Below, piece by piece: positions 55,486 to 64,000 of a DNA stretch of 64,000 nt. A program made the position numbers and the translations under genes. The stretch is taken from positions 78,560 to 142,559 of the forward strand of contig DAOUMA010000008.1 in the NCBI GenBank assembly GCA_034414555.1, read 5' to 3'. Position 1 is the stretch's first letter, and every line of letters begins with the position of its first letter. This stretch comes from Dehalococcoidia bacterium (GTDB lineage Bacteria; Chloroflexota; Dehalococcoidia; GIF9; AB-539-J10). The notes beneath the pieces are model-generated. The model was not told the origin of the DNA. It made no database searches and saw nothing but the letters and a program-made list of their open reading frames with translations.

Positions 55486-57189
55486 CTATAAGTGAATAGC
55501 TGACTCGCGGTATTCTCCAAGGACATCTCTCCACGTATCGCAAATTTCCTGCTCAGTGGCATATTCCTTCACCGCCTCTATCACGTAAGGCATCAAATTT
55601 TTATCAGTTTTAGAAGCAGTGCGGAGGTCACTCAAGGTTTGAATCACTTGCCGATTATCTCTTATTCTTTTAACCTCATTTGTTCTGGCGATTTGCTCCT
55701 CTTCTAATTCCTCGGGTATCTGCAGTAGCGGGGGGTAAACTTGTTCACCGGTGGAGTACTTATTTACCCCTATTACAACTTTCTCCCCCTTATCTATTTG
55801 TTGCTGGTAATGGTAAGCAGCATTGGCAATCTCCATTTGAGGGAAGCCTTGCTCAATAGCAGCAGGCATGCCTCCCATGTCATCTATCTTATTGATATAT
55901 TCCCAGGCTTTCTCCTCCATCTGATTGGTCAATGATTCCACAAAATATGACCCAGCCAGAGGGTCTATGGTATTAGTGACCCCTATCTCATCAGCAATAA
56001 TCTGTTGGGTGCGGAGAGCAGTGGTAGCAGCAAACTCGGAAGGCAAAGCTAGCGTCTCATCTAAAGAGTTGGTGTGTAGAGACTGTGTTCCCCCTAGAAC
56101 CGCCGCCAGTGCCTCAATAGCAGTCCTGATAACATTATTATAAGGCTGTTGAGCAACAAGTGAGCATCCTGCAGTCTGAGTATGGAACCTCATCCACCAA
56201 GAGCGAGGGTCCTTAGCCTTAAATCTATCCCTCATAATTTTAGCCCACATCCTTCTAGCTGCCCTAAATTTGGCAACCTCCTCGAAGAAATCAAGATGAG
56301 AGTTAAAGAAGAACGAGAGACGGGGGGCAAAAGAATCAACATCCAGCTTCTTCCGTTCAATAACATCCTGTACATACTCTATTCCATCAGCCAGGGTAAA
56401 AGCCAATTCCTGAATAGCGGTAGAGCCCGCCTCACGAATATGGTAACCACTAATGCTTATAGTATTCCATTTAGGAACATACTTGGTGCCAAACTCGATT
56501 GTGTCGCTTATCAGCCTAATTGATGGCTCAAGCGGGAGCATCAGTGTTTTCTGAGCAATGAATTCCTTCAGCATATCATTTTGAATTGTCCCCCCAATTT
56601 TATCCCAGCTTATCCCAGCTTTTTCAGCCGCAGCTAAATACATAGCCCAGAGTATGGATGCTGGGGGATTGATGGTCATGGAAGTGGTAATCTTATCGAA
56701 GGGTATCCTGTCGGTCAGGATCTCGAAATCTCTCAAGGTATCAATCGCTACCCCGCACCTTCCACACTCACCTCTAGCCCGGGGCGAATCAGTATCATAT
56801 CCCATTAAAGTAGGAAAATCGAAAGCAGTGCTCAGCCCTGTCTCACCCTCTTTAAGTAAAAGATGCCATCTTTTATTAGTATCCTCAGCACTGCCAAATC
56901 CCGCGAACATACGCATTGTCCATTCCCTTCCTCGATACATTGTTGGCTGACATCCCCTGGTAAACGGGAAGATACCAGGATAGCCAATATCTCTGGCGAA
57001 ATCCAGGTCTGCGATATCTTCTGGGGTATAAATTCCTTTTATTTTCATGTCGGAAACAGTGGAGAATCCTCCTTTTCTCTCCGGGTTTTGCATAATGACT
57101 TTCTCTACTTCTTTCTCCCATTCTTTCTTACCTTCACGCACCTGCCTTAAAGTTTCCTCTGCAAACATAGCTGCCTCCTCTTTGAGCAA
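55486..57189 (-). CDS. Methylmalonyl-CoA mutase large (catalytic) subunit
   Basis: 567 aa. MCM catalytic-domain signatures. Immediately upstream of the B12 subunit. Confidence 0.9.
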   Translation of the reverse strand: MLKEEAAMFAEETLRQVREGKKEWEKEVEKVIMQNPERKGGFSTVSDMKIKGIYTPEDIADLDFARDIGYPGIFPFTRGCQPTMYRGREWTMRMFAGFGSAEDTNKRWHLLLKEGETGLSTAFDFPTLMGYDTDSPRARGECGRCGVAIDTLRDFEILTDRIPFDKITTSMTINPPASILWAMYLAAAEKAGISWDKIGGTIQNDMLKEFIAQKTLMLPLEPSIRLISDTIEFGTKYVPKWNTISISGYHIREAGSTAIQELAFTLADGIEYVQDVIERKKLDVDSFAPRLSFFFNSHLDFFEEVAKFRAARRMWAKIMRDRFKAKDPRSWWMRFHTQTAGCSLVAQQPYNNVIRTAIEALAAVLGGTQSLHTNSLDETLALPSEFAATTALRTQQIIADEIGVTNTIDPLAGSYFVESLTNQMEEKAWEYINKIDDMGGMPAAIEQGFPQMEIANAAYHYQQQIDKGEKVVIGVNKYSTGEQVYPPLLQIPEELEEEQIARTNEVKRIRDNRQVIQTLSDLRTASKTDKNLMPYVIEAVKEYATEQEICDTWRDVLGEYRESAIHL

Positions 57190-57646
57190 TTAATGTGATT
57201 GTTTAACTTTAGCAGATTTCGAAGGGCAATACCTGGCACAAAACAAACTTCGTACTGGACCATCGCCCACTGAGAAATTCGTCACAGAGTATATCTGACA
57301 CTGAGAGTGAAGTCAAACACGCCCCGCTATCTGGTATTAAAAGTAAGCTTTTTCTCATAGCTCTCGGTCAGTCATTCGTCGCGAAGGCCAGTGGCGAACT
57401 TACCAACTTGGGCAAGATAGAAATTTGTGCCTCAAGGGAAGGGAAATAGCCGATAATGCTGGCAAATTATGGGAAGTAAGGATAGCAACAGCGACTTTAC
57501 CGTAGCTTATTACAGCAGGTAAATTGTATCAAATTCTGTTAACATCAAATCACGACATATCGGTAAAGCTGCTGCTTTTACCCTGTAATTTGTTTAAACT
57601 GAGTAATAAAAATTAGGAACTTAGTAGAAAAAGGGGGTGAATATCA

Positions 57647-59236
57647 ATGAAACTATTAGATGAGATGCCGGTAAGAGGGTTTTCGGCATTTGCTGAGTCT
57701 CTTCTCTATGCTATGGGCAGGACGCCAGAGGAGATAGCCAGGCCAGGAATTGCTATTGTCAATTCACAGAATGAGCTTGTTCCGGGGCATATCCATCTCG
57801 ATGACATTGCATCTGCTGTTCGAGATGGAATCGTATCAGCAGGGGGCACCCCTTTTGAATTTCCCACCATCGCTATCTGTGATGGTCTTGCCATGGGGCA
57901 TGCTGGAATGTGCTATCCACTGGCTAGCCGGGAGCTGATAGCTGATTCAATTGAGGCCATGATATTAGCGCATAACCTGGATGCCATGGTGCTGGTCACT
58001 GGCTGTGACAAGATCACACCGGGAATGATGATGGCAGCAGCTCGTTTGGACATTCCCGCTATCGTAATCAACGGAGGACCGATGTTGGCGCCACGACCCA
58101 CGAGCAAAGTTCCTCTGTTAGGATGTGGCAGTTGTCCCGGTTTGTATACTGCCAACAGCATGGCCTGCATGGCTGAAGTGCTTGGCCTTGCCTTACCCTG
58201 GAATAGTTGTATCCCTGCGGCACATGGTGCGAGGAGGCAACTGGCAAGAAAAGCCGGCGTAAGGATTATGGAACTTTTAAGGGAAGGGATAATTCCCAGG
58301 CAGATTCTCACCAAAAAAGCCTTCGAGAATGCCATAACGGTGGATATGGCTATCGGCGGTTCCTCCAACACTATCCTGCACCTCATGGCTCTTGCCAGTG
58401 AGGCAGAAATAGACATTGGCCTGGAGCTCTTTGATCAAATAGGCCGCCGGACTCCCAGACTATGCGATCTCAGTCCTGCGGGGCCCTACTTCTTAGAAGA
58501 TTTGTATGAGGCCGGGGGATTACAGGCGGTAATGGCGGAACTATCTAACAAGAATCTGCTCCATCTGGATGCACTTACGCTTAGCGGCCAGACTTTAGGG
58601 GAAATTATTGAAGGAGCCCGGAGCACACGCCCCGAAGTAATCAGGAGCATAGAGGAGCCATATTATTCTGAAGGGGGACTCGCTATCCTTTATGGCAATC
58701 TAGCTCCCGATGGTGCAGTAGTAAAGCAGTCAGCGGTAAAGCCTGAGATGTTCAAGCATTCTGGTCCAGCCAGAGTATTTGACCTTGAGGAAGATGCTGT
58801 AACGGCAATGCTGGATGGCAAAATCCATAGCGGTGATGTGGTAGTAATTAGATATGAGGGTCCCAGGGGAGGGCCGGGATTCCGGGAAATGCTGATGGCT
58901 ACCAGCACGATACTGGCGGTAGAGTTAAGTGGAGAGGTAGCGCTGGTCACCGATGGCAGGTTTTCCGGGGCAACAGAAGGCGCTGCTATCGGGCATGTAT
59001 CCCCTGAGGCTATGGAAGGGGGCCCGATTGCAATTGTGGAGGAAGGAGACATCATTGAGATAGATATTCCCTCTCGGAAGTTAAACGTGAGACTAGCGCA
59101 GAAAGAAATCCAGAGTCGCCTTGCCCGGTGGTCACCTCCGCCCTTGAAGAGAGAAGTTAAAAGCTATCTGCGCAGATATTCCCGTTTAGTGACCTCAGCG
59201 AGCACCGGTGCCATACTGATAACGCCTGAAAGGTAG
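57647..59236 (+). CDS. ilvD: Dihydroxy-acid dehydratase (IlvD/EDD family)
   Basis: CDGLAMGH / CDKITPGM Fe-S ligand regions. 529 aa. Confidence 0.85.
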   Translation: MKLLDEMPVRGFSAFAESLLYAMGRTPEEIARPGIAIVNSQNELVPGHIHLDDIASAVRDGIVSAGGTPFEFPTIAICDGLAMGHAGMCYPLASRELIADSIEAMILAHNLDAMVLVTGCDKITPGMMMAAARLDIPAIVINGGPMLAPRPTSKVPLLGCGSCPGLYTANSMACMAEVLGLALPWNSCIPAAHGARRQLARKAGVRIMELLREGIIPRQILTKKAFENAITVDMAIGGSSNTILHLMALASEAEIDIGLELFDQIGRRTPRLCDLSPAGPYFLEDLYEAGGLQAVMAELSNKNLLHLDALTLSGQTLGEIIEGARSTRPEVIRSIEEPYYSEGGLAILYGNLAPDGAVVKQSAVKPEMFKHSGPARVFDLEEDAVTAMLDGKIHSGDVVVIRYEGPRGGPGFREMLMATSTILAVELSGEVALVTDGRFSGATEGAAIGHVSPEAMEGGPIAIVEEGDIIEIDIPSRKLNVRLAQKEIQSRLARWSPPPLKREVKSYLRRYSRLVTSASTGAILITPER

Positions 59237-59243
59237 TAAGCCC

Positions 59244-60227
59244 TTAAAATCGCCGCTGGACATCGGCAAGTACCTCCTCAGCCTCTCGCACCATTCTTTC
59301 CAGGAGTTCCCGGCAACTGACGATTTCCTTGATGAGGCCGATAGATTGACCGAGCGCCAAGGGAGCATATTCCACATCGCCGCTTTCCCAGGCTTTCTGG
59401 ATGCGCTCGCCAGAGATGAGGGATATTATTTCTTCGAGCCCACCGTGCCGCGCCTCTACCTTCAGCACCTCCTGGACTAATTTATTCTTCAGGGCTCGCA
59501 TTTGTAAGTTAATAGACTTGCATATCAAGGTAACATCGTTTTCCTGGCGGTGAACGAGCTCCTCTTTGATTTTGGGGTGTGCCAGGCACTCTGTTGTCGC
59601 GATGAACCGTGAAGCCATCATGACTCCATCCGCTCCAAGGACCATAGCAGCAGCCATGCTCCTTCCATCTGCAATGCCTCCTGCAGTAATAACAGGGATG
59701 TTCACGGACTCACGGATTCGGGGGGTGAGCAGCATGGTGGTCACGTCATCATCCAGAGGATGACCACCTTCCTCGAAACCCGCGGCAATAACAGCAGCGT
59801 AGCCAGCTTTCTCCGCATGCTTCGCATGTCTGACCGCACCAACTTTATGTATCAACCTCACACCTGCTTCCTTGGCCTGGCTAACGGAGTCTGGTCCCAG
59901 GTACTTATCTAAGGGTGCGCCTGAGATTTCAAGGGCAGTCACTTTTTCTTCGCAACAGACCTGAAAGTATTCCTGGTGTAGCTCTTTTGTAATGCGCACG
60001 GATGGCAATAGAGTGATGTTCACGGAGAAGGGGTTATCAGTCAACCTTCGGGTCTTATCAATAGCCTTCCGAAGAGCATTTCCAGATTCGTAGTTTCCCG
60101 CAGTCAAGTTTCCGAGTCCACCGGCATTAGAAATAGCGGCACAAAGCTCAGGTTTAGCCAGCCACATCATACCCCCACATATAATAGGATGCTGAATGCC
60201 AAAAAGTTCTGTGATTCTAGTTTTCAC
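59244..60227 (-). CDS. Enoyl-ACP reductase II (FabK)-like / nitronate monooxygenase-family FMN oxidoreductase
   Basis: MKTRITELFGIQHPIICGGMMWLAKPELCAAISNAGGLG. Confidence 0.75.
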   Translation of the reverse strand: MKTRITELFGIQHPIICGGMMWLAKPELCAAISNAGGLGNLTAGNYESGNALRKAIDKTRRLTDNPFSVNITLLPSVRITKELHQEYFQVCCEEKVTALEISGAPLDKYLGPDSVSQAKEAGVRLIHKVGAVRHAKHAEKAGYAAVIAAGFEEGGHPLDDDVTTMLLTPRIRESVNIPVITAGGIADGRSMAAAMVLGADGVMMASRFIATTECLAHPKIKEELVHRQENDVTLICKSINLQMRALKNKLVQEVLKVEARHGGLEEIISLISGERIQKAWESGDVEYAPLALGQSIGLIKEIVSCRELLERMVREAEEVLADVQRRF

Positions 60228-60518
60228 GAGTTTCCTCCTTTACCTGGCGTAATTATAGCCACGATAGGAGTGTGGGACAATAGAAAACGGCTTTATTCCC
60301 GCTCTAAATCTGCCTCAAGTGTTGAGGTGAAATCCGGATATTCGCCCCTTAGCGTTTGGAAGAATAAAGCACGGCTTTTGAAAAAGGGATTTAACCCTCT
60401 CATAGCTGGCAGAGTTAGCATTACAATTTTTTGTGTCCTAAGTGCTATCATGGACAAAGACGCAGTCCCAAGAAATTGGGCTAAGATAATGGAAGCTAGA
60501 TAGTGTAGTAGCAGTGAT

Positions 60519-60920
60519 ATGGATAGAGAGGAATTTGAGACTCTAGTGGTGGAAGCCATTAATAATCTGCCTCTTGAGTTTCGCAATAAGCTTGAAAATG
60601 TTGATGTCGTTGTAGAGGACTGGCCAACATCAGGACAGCTTAAGAAAGTGAAAGTTAGCCATCCCAGCCAATTATTGGGGCTTTATGAAGGCGTGCCCCA
60701 AACCAAGCGTGGTGGAGGGTATGGGCTGGTTACGCCTGATAAAATAAGCATCTTTCAGAAGCCTATAGAGGGTCAGTGTCACTCTAATGAGGAGATCGGC
60801 GTGAAAATAACTGAAGTAGTGTGCCACGAGATAGCTCACCACTTTGGCATTGATGAGAGGACTTTGCGTAGGATAGAGGATGAGAGGCGCAGGAAAAGCA
60901 GGCATTGGATGAAACCGTAA
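60519..60920 (+). CDS. Small zinc metallopeptidase-like protein (HExxH)
   Basis: VCHEIAHHFG motif. 133 aa. Confidence 0.55.
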   Translation: MDREEFETLVVEAINNLPLEFRNKLENVDVVVEDWPTSGQLKKVKVSHPSQLLGLYEGVPQTKRGGGYGLVTPDKISIFQKPIEGQCHSNEEIGVKITEVVCHEIAHHFGIDERTLRRIEDERRRKSRHWMKP

Positions 60921-61130
60921 CAAAATGACGGTCTGTGCAATTAGGTAACAAAACAAGCTAATGTTATCCTAGAACCATCGCACACTCATGATGCTGACCT
61001 CCAGTCGTTCTCCCTCGCATTTGGAGAGGAACGGGCCGCGCGGGTGCTAAAGAATTTCTAGGTTCTCCCTCAAAACTTAACAGGATTTTAATATTTGGCT
61101 CTTATTATTTTAATTAGAAAGGAGAACACA

Positions 61131-61334
61131 ATGGAAGAACCAATAGTCAAGTTAGAAAGCTCAATCGGGCTGTTGAGAAACGAACTTAATGAACTTAGGA
61201 GCAAGTTGATGACACTACTGTGGTTTCAAATAGGAAGCTTGGTAATACTAATAGCAGTCATCATCGTCACCTGGCTTTTCCCCCATTTCCGGTTCGGGGC
61301 AGGAATGCCACGCATCCCATCACAGGTGCCTTAA
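61131..61334 (+). CDS. Small single-TM protein
   Basis: SD AGGAG 6 nt before the ATG at 61131. One hydrophobic helix. Confidence 0.4.
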   Translation: MEEPIVKLESSIGLLRNELNELRSKLMTLLWFQIGSLVILIAVIIVTWLFPHFRFGAGMPRIPSQVP

Positions 61335-61435
61335 AACCACCTTGCGAGCCATAGGAGCCGCTGACGCCGACGTCCATAACATATTAGACAGATGTTCAAT
61401 CCAAAAAATAGGGCTTTCATTTGTGTTTTTGCTTT

Positions 61436-62104
61436 CTAGTATTTTGAAGCGCTAATTTCCTCCATCTTGCCAGTAACAACAAACACCACCCGTTCACAGA
61501 TGTTGGTCACCCTATCAGCGCTACGCTCCAGGTTGTGAGCCACCCAGATAAGGCGTGTTGCCCGAGTAATCGTCCTCGGGTCTTCAACCATGAAGATGAG
61601 CAATTCCCGATACACTTGGTCGTAGAGGTTGTCTACTAGATCATCCTCGGTAGCGATTTTCTTGGCCGCTTCAGCGTCCCTGTTGACGAAAGCATCCAGG
61701 CTATGGCGCAGCATGTCTACAGTTTGTTCCGCCATGCGGGGGATATCAACCAGTGGTTTTAAGGGCGGCTCATCACCAATCATTATTACAATCCGGGCAA
61801 TACCTACCGCGTAGTCAGCAATCCGCTCAATCTCAGTTGTAATATTGAGGATGGCAATAATGATGCGGAGGTCGCTGGCCATGGGTTGCTGAGTAGCTAT
61901 CAGCTGAATACACTTTTCTTCAATCTCAAATCTCTTATTGTTTACTTTTTGGTCATCAGCGATTATCTGGTGTGCACCCGCCAAGTCTCGGTTTTTAAGA
62001 GCATCAATGGAGCGAAGGATTGATTTACTTGCCATGCTTCCCATAGCCAGAATATCGTCCTGAATTTCTCTCAGTTTCTTATGAAAGACTGCCCTCATTT
62101 CCAT
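61436..62104 (-). CDS. phoU: Phosphate transport system regulator PhoU
   Basis: 222 aa, two PhoU repeats. Confidence 0.9.
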   Translation of the reverse strand: MEMRAVFHKKLREIQDDILAMGSMASKSILRSIDALKNRDLAGAHQIIADDQKVNNKRFEIEEKCIQLIATQQPMASDLRIIIAILNITTEIERIADYAVGIARIVIMIGDEPPLKPLVDIPRMAEQTVDMLRHSLDAFVNRDAEAAKKIATEDDLVDNLYDQVYRELLIFMVEDPRTITRATRLIWVAHNLERSADRVTNICERVVFVVTGKMEEISASKY

Positions 62105-62124
62105 GTGTACCCTCCTTGCAAGAT

Positions 62125-62976
62125 TTATCCGAACCGCCCGGTGATGTAATCCTCAGTGCGCTTATCTTTAGGATTAGTAAAGAGCTCAGACGTAGGTCCA
62201 TATTCTACCAACACGCCAGCCCTATCTTCTTCCATCATCAGGAAGGCAGCCATATCTGATACCCTTGCTGCCTGCTGCATATTATGGGTAACAATAACAA
62301 TAGTGTATTTTTCAGCTAGGTTTCTCATCAAATCCTCAATTTTTAGAGTGGCCATCGGATCAAGCGCACTGCATGGTTCATCCATTAGTATCACCTCTGG
62401 CTCAACAGCGAGTGCCCGGCCTATGCATAGACGCTGTTGTTGCCCACCAGACAGAGATGCCCCTGACTGGTTAAGCTTATCTTTCACTTCATCCCACAGT
62501 GCCGCCTGCCGCAGACTTTGTTCAACAATCTCTTCCAGTTCCCATCGTCGGCTCCATAGGCGGGATAGCCTAAGACCGGCAGCGACATTGTCAAAAACTG
62601 ACATCGTGGGGAAAGGGTTTGGTTTCTGAAAGACCATCCCTATGCGGCGGCGGATAACCACAGGGTCAACATCACCGGCATAGATATCTTTCCCGTTCAA
62701 CAAGATACAGCCCTCTACTCGCCCTCCATGCGAGACCTCATGCATTCGGTTGAGACAACGAATGAAGGTAGACTTTCCACAGCCTGAGGGACCGATGATA
62801 GCCGTGATTGCTTGTGACTTGATAGTCATGCTGATGTGCTTGATGGCAAGAGTGTTTCCGTACCACGCACTCAAATTTTGGACTTCCAGAATGCCGTTCT
62901 TGTCTTCAAGATTAGCCATATATTCCTTAGGTTTGCATTGTATGTTATCGTTAATCAAATTATATACCATAGTCAT
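62125..62976 (-). CDS. pstB: Phosphate ABC transporter ATP-binding protein PstB
   Basis: GPSGCGKST Walker A, LSGGQQQR signature, LLMDEP Walker B. Confidence 0.9.
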   Translation of the reverse strand: MTMVYNLINDNIQCKPKEYMANLEDKNGILEVQNLSAWYGNTLAIKHISMTIKSQAITAIIGPSGCGKSTFIRCLNRMHEVSHGGRVEGCILLNGKDIYAGDVDPVVIRRRIGMVFQKPNPFPTMSVFDNVAAGLRLSRLWSRRWELEEIVEQSLRQAALWDEVKDKLNQSGASLSGGQQQRLCIGRALAVEPEVILMDEPCSALDPMATLKIEDLMRNLAEKYTIVIVTHNMQQAARVSDMAAFLMMEEDRAGVLVEYGPTSELFTNPKDKRTEDYITGRFG

Positions 62977-62997
62977 TCATCTCTCCTTTCATTTCTA

Positions 62998-63849
62998 TCA
63001 AGCAGCGTTACTATGCCTTCGGTTACTAATCCAGCGCACCAGGATGCTTATGCCCAGAACCAGCATTATCAGGAGAAAGGCTGCCGCCCAGGCCTGTTGC
63101 TGCCAGTCCAGATAAGGCGACAAAGCATAGTGGTATATTTGAAGTGGCAACGCCCCAATCGGCTTAAAGAGACCCTGTAAACCAAACTGGCTGCCCAGAG
63201 CTGTGAACAGGAGCGGTGCAGTTTCCCCGGCAATACGAGCAACTGCTAACATTATACCGGTAACAATTCCGGTTAAAGCTCCGGGTACGATTACACTCAA
63301 TACTGCTCGCCATCTCGTAATGCCCAGGGCAAGCGCTGCCTCTCGCATTGAATTCGGCACCAGGCGCAATGACTCCTCGGCTGTCCGGGCAACAATAGGA
63401 ATCATGATGATGGCTAATGCAACGCCTGCTGCAAAAGCCGAGTATGAGAGCATCGGACGGACTACGATAGTGTAGGCGAACACACCGACTACGACTGAGG
63501 GCACACCAGCTAGAATGTCCGCTGCGAATCTAACCGAGGCCGCCATTCTAGGGCTGGCAAATTCAGCTAAGAAAATACCCGCCAACAGCCCGACTGGCAG
63601 GGCGAGTAATGACCCCAGCGCTACTAGAATGAAAGTACCAAGAATCTCATTGCGCATCCCTCCCCCCACCTCGCCCACTGGTTTGGCAGCCTGGGTAAGA
63701 AAGTTCAGATTGAGAGCGGATATGCCACGCACCAATGTGTAACCCAAGATAAGCGCCAGAAGCAGGATGGCCAAACCAGCAGCGACACTGCTCAGGATGA
63801 GCATTAGCCGATTAAACCACTTTCGTCGCAAATAACCGCGTTCAGACAT
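62998..63849 (-). CDS. pstA: Phosphate ABC transporter permease PstA
   Basis: 283 aa, 6 TM helices. EAA-like loop. Confidence 0.85.
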   Translation of the reverse strand: MSERGYLRRKWFNRLMLILSSVAAGLAILLLALILGYTLVRGISALNLNFLTQAAKPVGEVGGGMRNEILGTFILVALGSLLALPVGLLAGIFLAEFASPRMAASVRFAADILAGVPSVVVGVFAYTIVVRPMLSYSAFAAGVALAIIMIPIVARTAEESLRLVPNSMREAALALGITRWRAVLSVIVPGALTGIVTGIMLAVARIAGETAPLLFTALGSQFGLQGLFKPIGALPLQIYHYALSPYLDWQQQAWAAAFLLIMLVLGISILVRWISNRRHSNAA

Positions 63850-63852
63850 TTA

Positions 63853-64000
63853 TTATTCCGTTGCCGTCTTCACTGAAGTCATGCGCCACACCAGCACGCG
63901 GGCAACAACATTTACCAGCAGCGTAATTGCGAAAAGTATGAGCGCCAATTCTATCAGGCTGGCAATAAGGACTCCGCTAGAAGCCTCGTTGAAATTGCTG
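63853..64000 (-). CDS. pstC: Phosphate ABC transporter permease PstC, C-terminal end (start beyond the window)
   Basis: Minus-strand frame reads ...LILFAITLLVNVVARVLVWRMTSVKTATE*. The stop lies 3 nt before the pstA start. Confidence 0.7.
   Translation of the reverse strand, partial: SNFNEASSGVLIASLIELALILFAITLLVNVVARVLVWRMTSVKTATE

Noticed and set aside
55066-57189. Split methylmalonyl-CoA mutase as a possible gene fission artefact
   Set aside because: A separate small B12-binding subunit following the large catalytic subunit, then MeaB, is a well-known natural arrangement. Both ORFs are intact.
60189-60586. Overlapping 104-aa (+) and 97-aa (-) ORFs between the fabK-like gene and the metallopeptidase gene
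   Set aside because: They are mutually exclusive and low-complexity, with no motifs. This is likely a divergent promoter region.

Overview
This 64-kb window is bacterial chromosome, and most of it is ordinary metabolic and housekeeping genes. Two accessory regions and a dense network of short dispersed repeats stand out.

The bacterial call rests on several things: a tRNA-Gln(CUG) with the bacterial-type U1:A72 pair, G73 discriminator and encoded CCA; nrdR; uvrA; and pstCAB-phoU. GC is roughly 50% by eye.

The gene content looks anaerobe-like: an AbfD-like 4-hydroxybutyryl-CoA dehydratase, a membrane pyrophosphatase, a split B12 methylmalonyl-CoA mutase with MeaB, a class II (B12) ribonucleotide reductase, FabK/NMO-type flavoenzymes, two acyl-CoA synthetases, MaoC, DegV, glutamate dehydrogenase, ilvD and L25. 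The phylum cannot be verified from the sequence alone.

1. A low-GC, about 8.8 kb, minus-strand, nine-gene operon sits at 7040-15776. Most neighbours sit within 15 nt (largest gap 36 nt), and three of them overlap by the 4-nt ATGA.
- It encodes three paralogous P-loop NTPases, a single-HKD PLD-type nuclease, a HerA/FtsK-like (DUF87-type) ATPase and a 403-aa orphan.
- It also encodes a cobalamin-binding radical SAM enzyme written as two overlapping ORFs, and a 220-aa protein ending in an RNNAAH (Rx4H) motif that may be HEPN-like.
- I cannot match this gene set to any named defence or restriction-modification system from memory. It is the best candidate here for an undescribed DNA/RNA-targeting defence or modification system.
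- Both borders carry short sequence scars that are duplicated elsewhere in the window.

2. An AT-rich island lies next to the tRNA-Gln, at about 43.1-49.1 kb.
- It holds a DUF5678-like small protein paired with a retropepsin-like aspartyl protease, several zinc-ribbon mini-proteins, a membrane protein and a metallophosphoesterase.
- An internal block is bounded by 40-bp direct repeats. No integrase is visible.

The window is also peppered with short repeats that bracket multi-gene blocks:
- a 150-bp hairpin-rich MITE-like element present as an inverted pair around hppA-uvrA;
- direct repeats around the AbfD-isochorismatase block, around an EamA gene, around degV-MBL and around the island cassette;
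- a recurring GGTGCTATAATC extended -10 motif.
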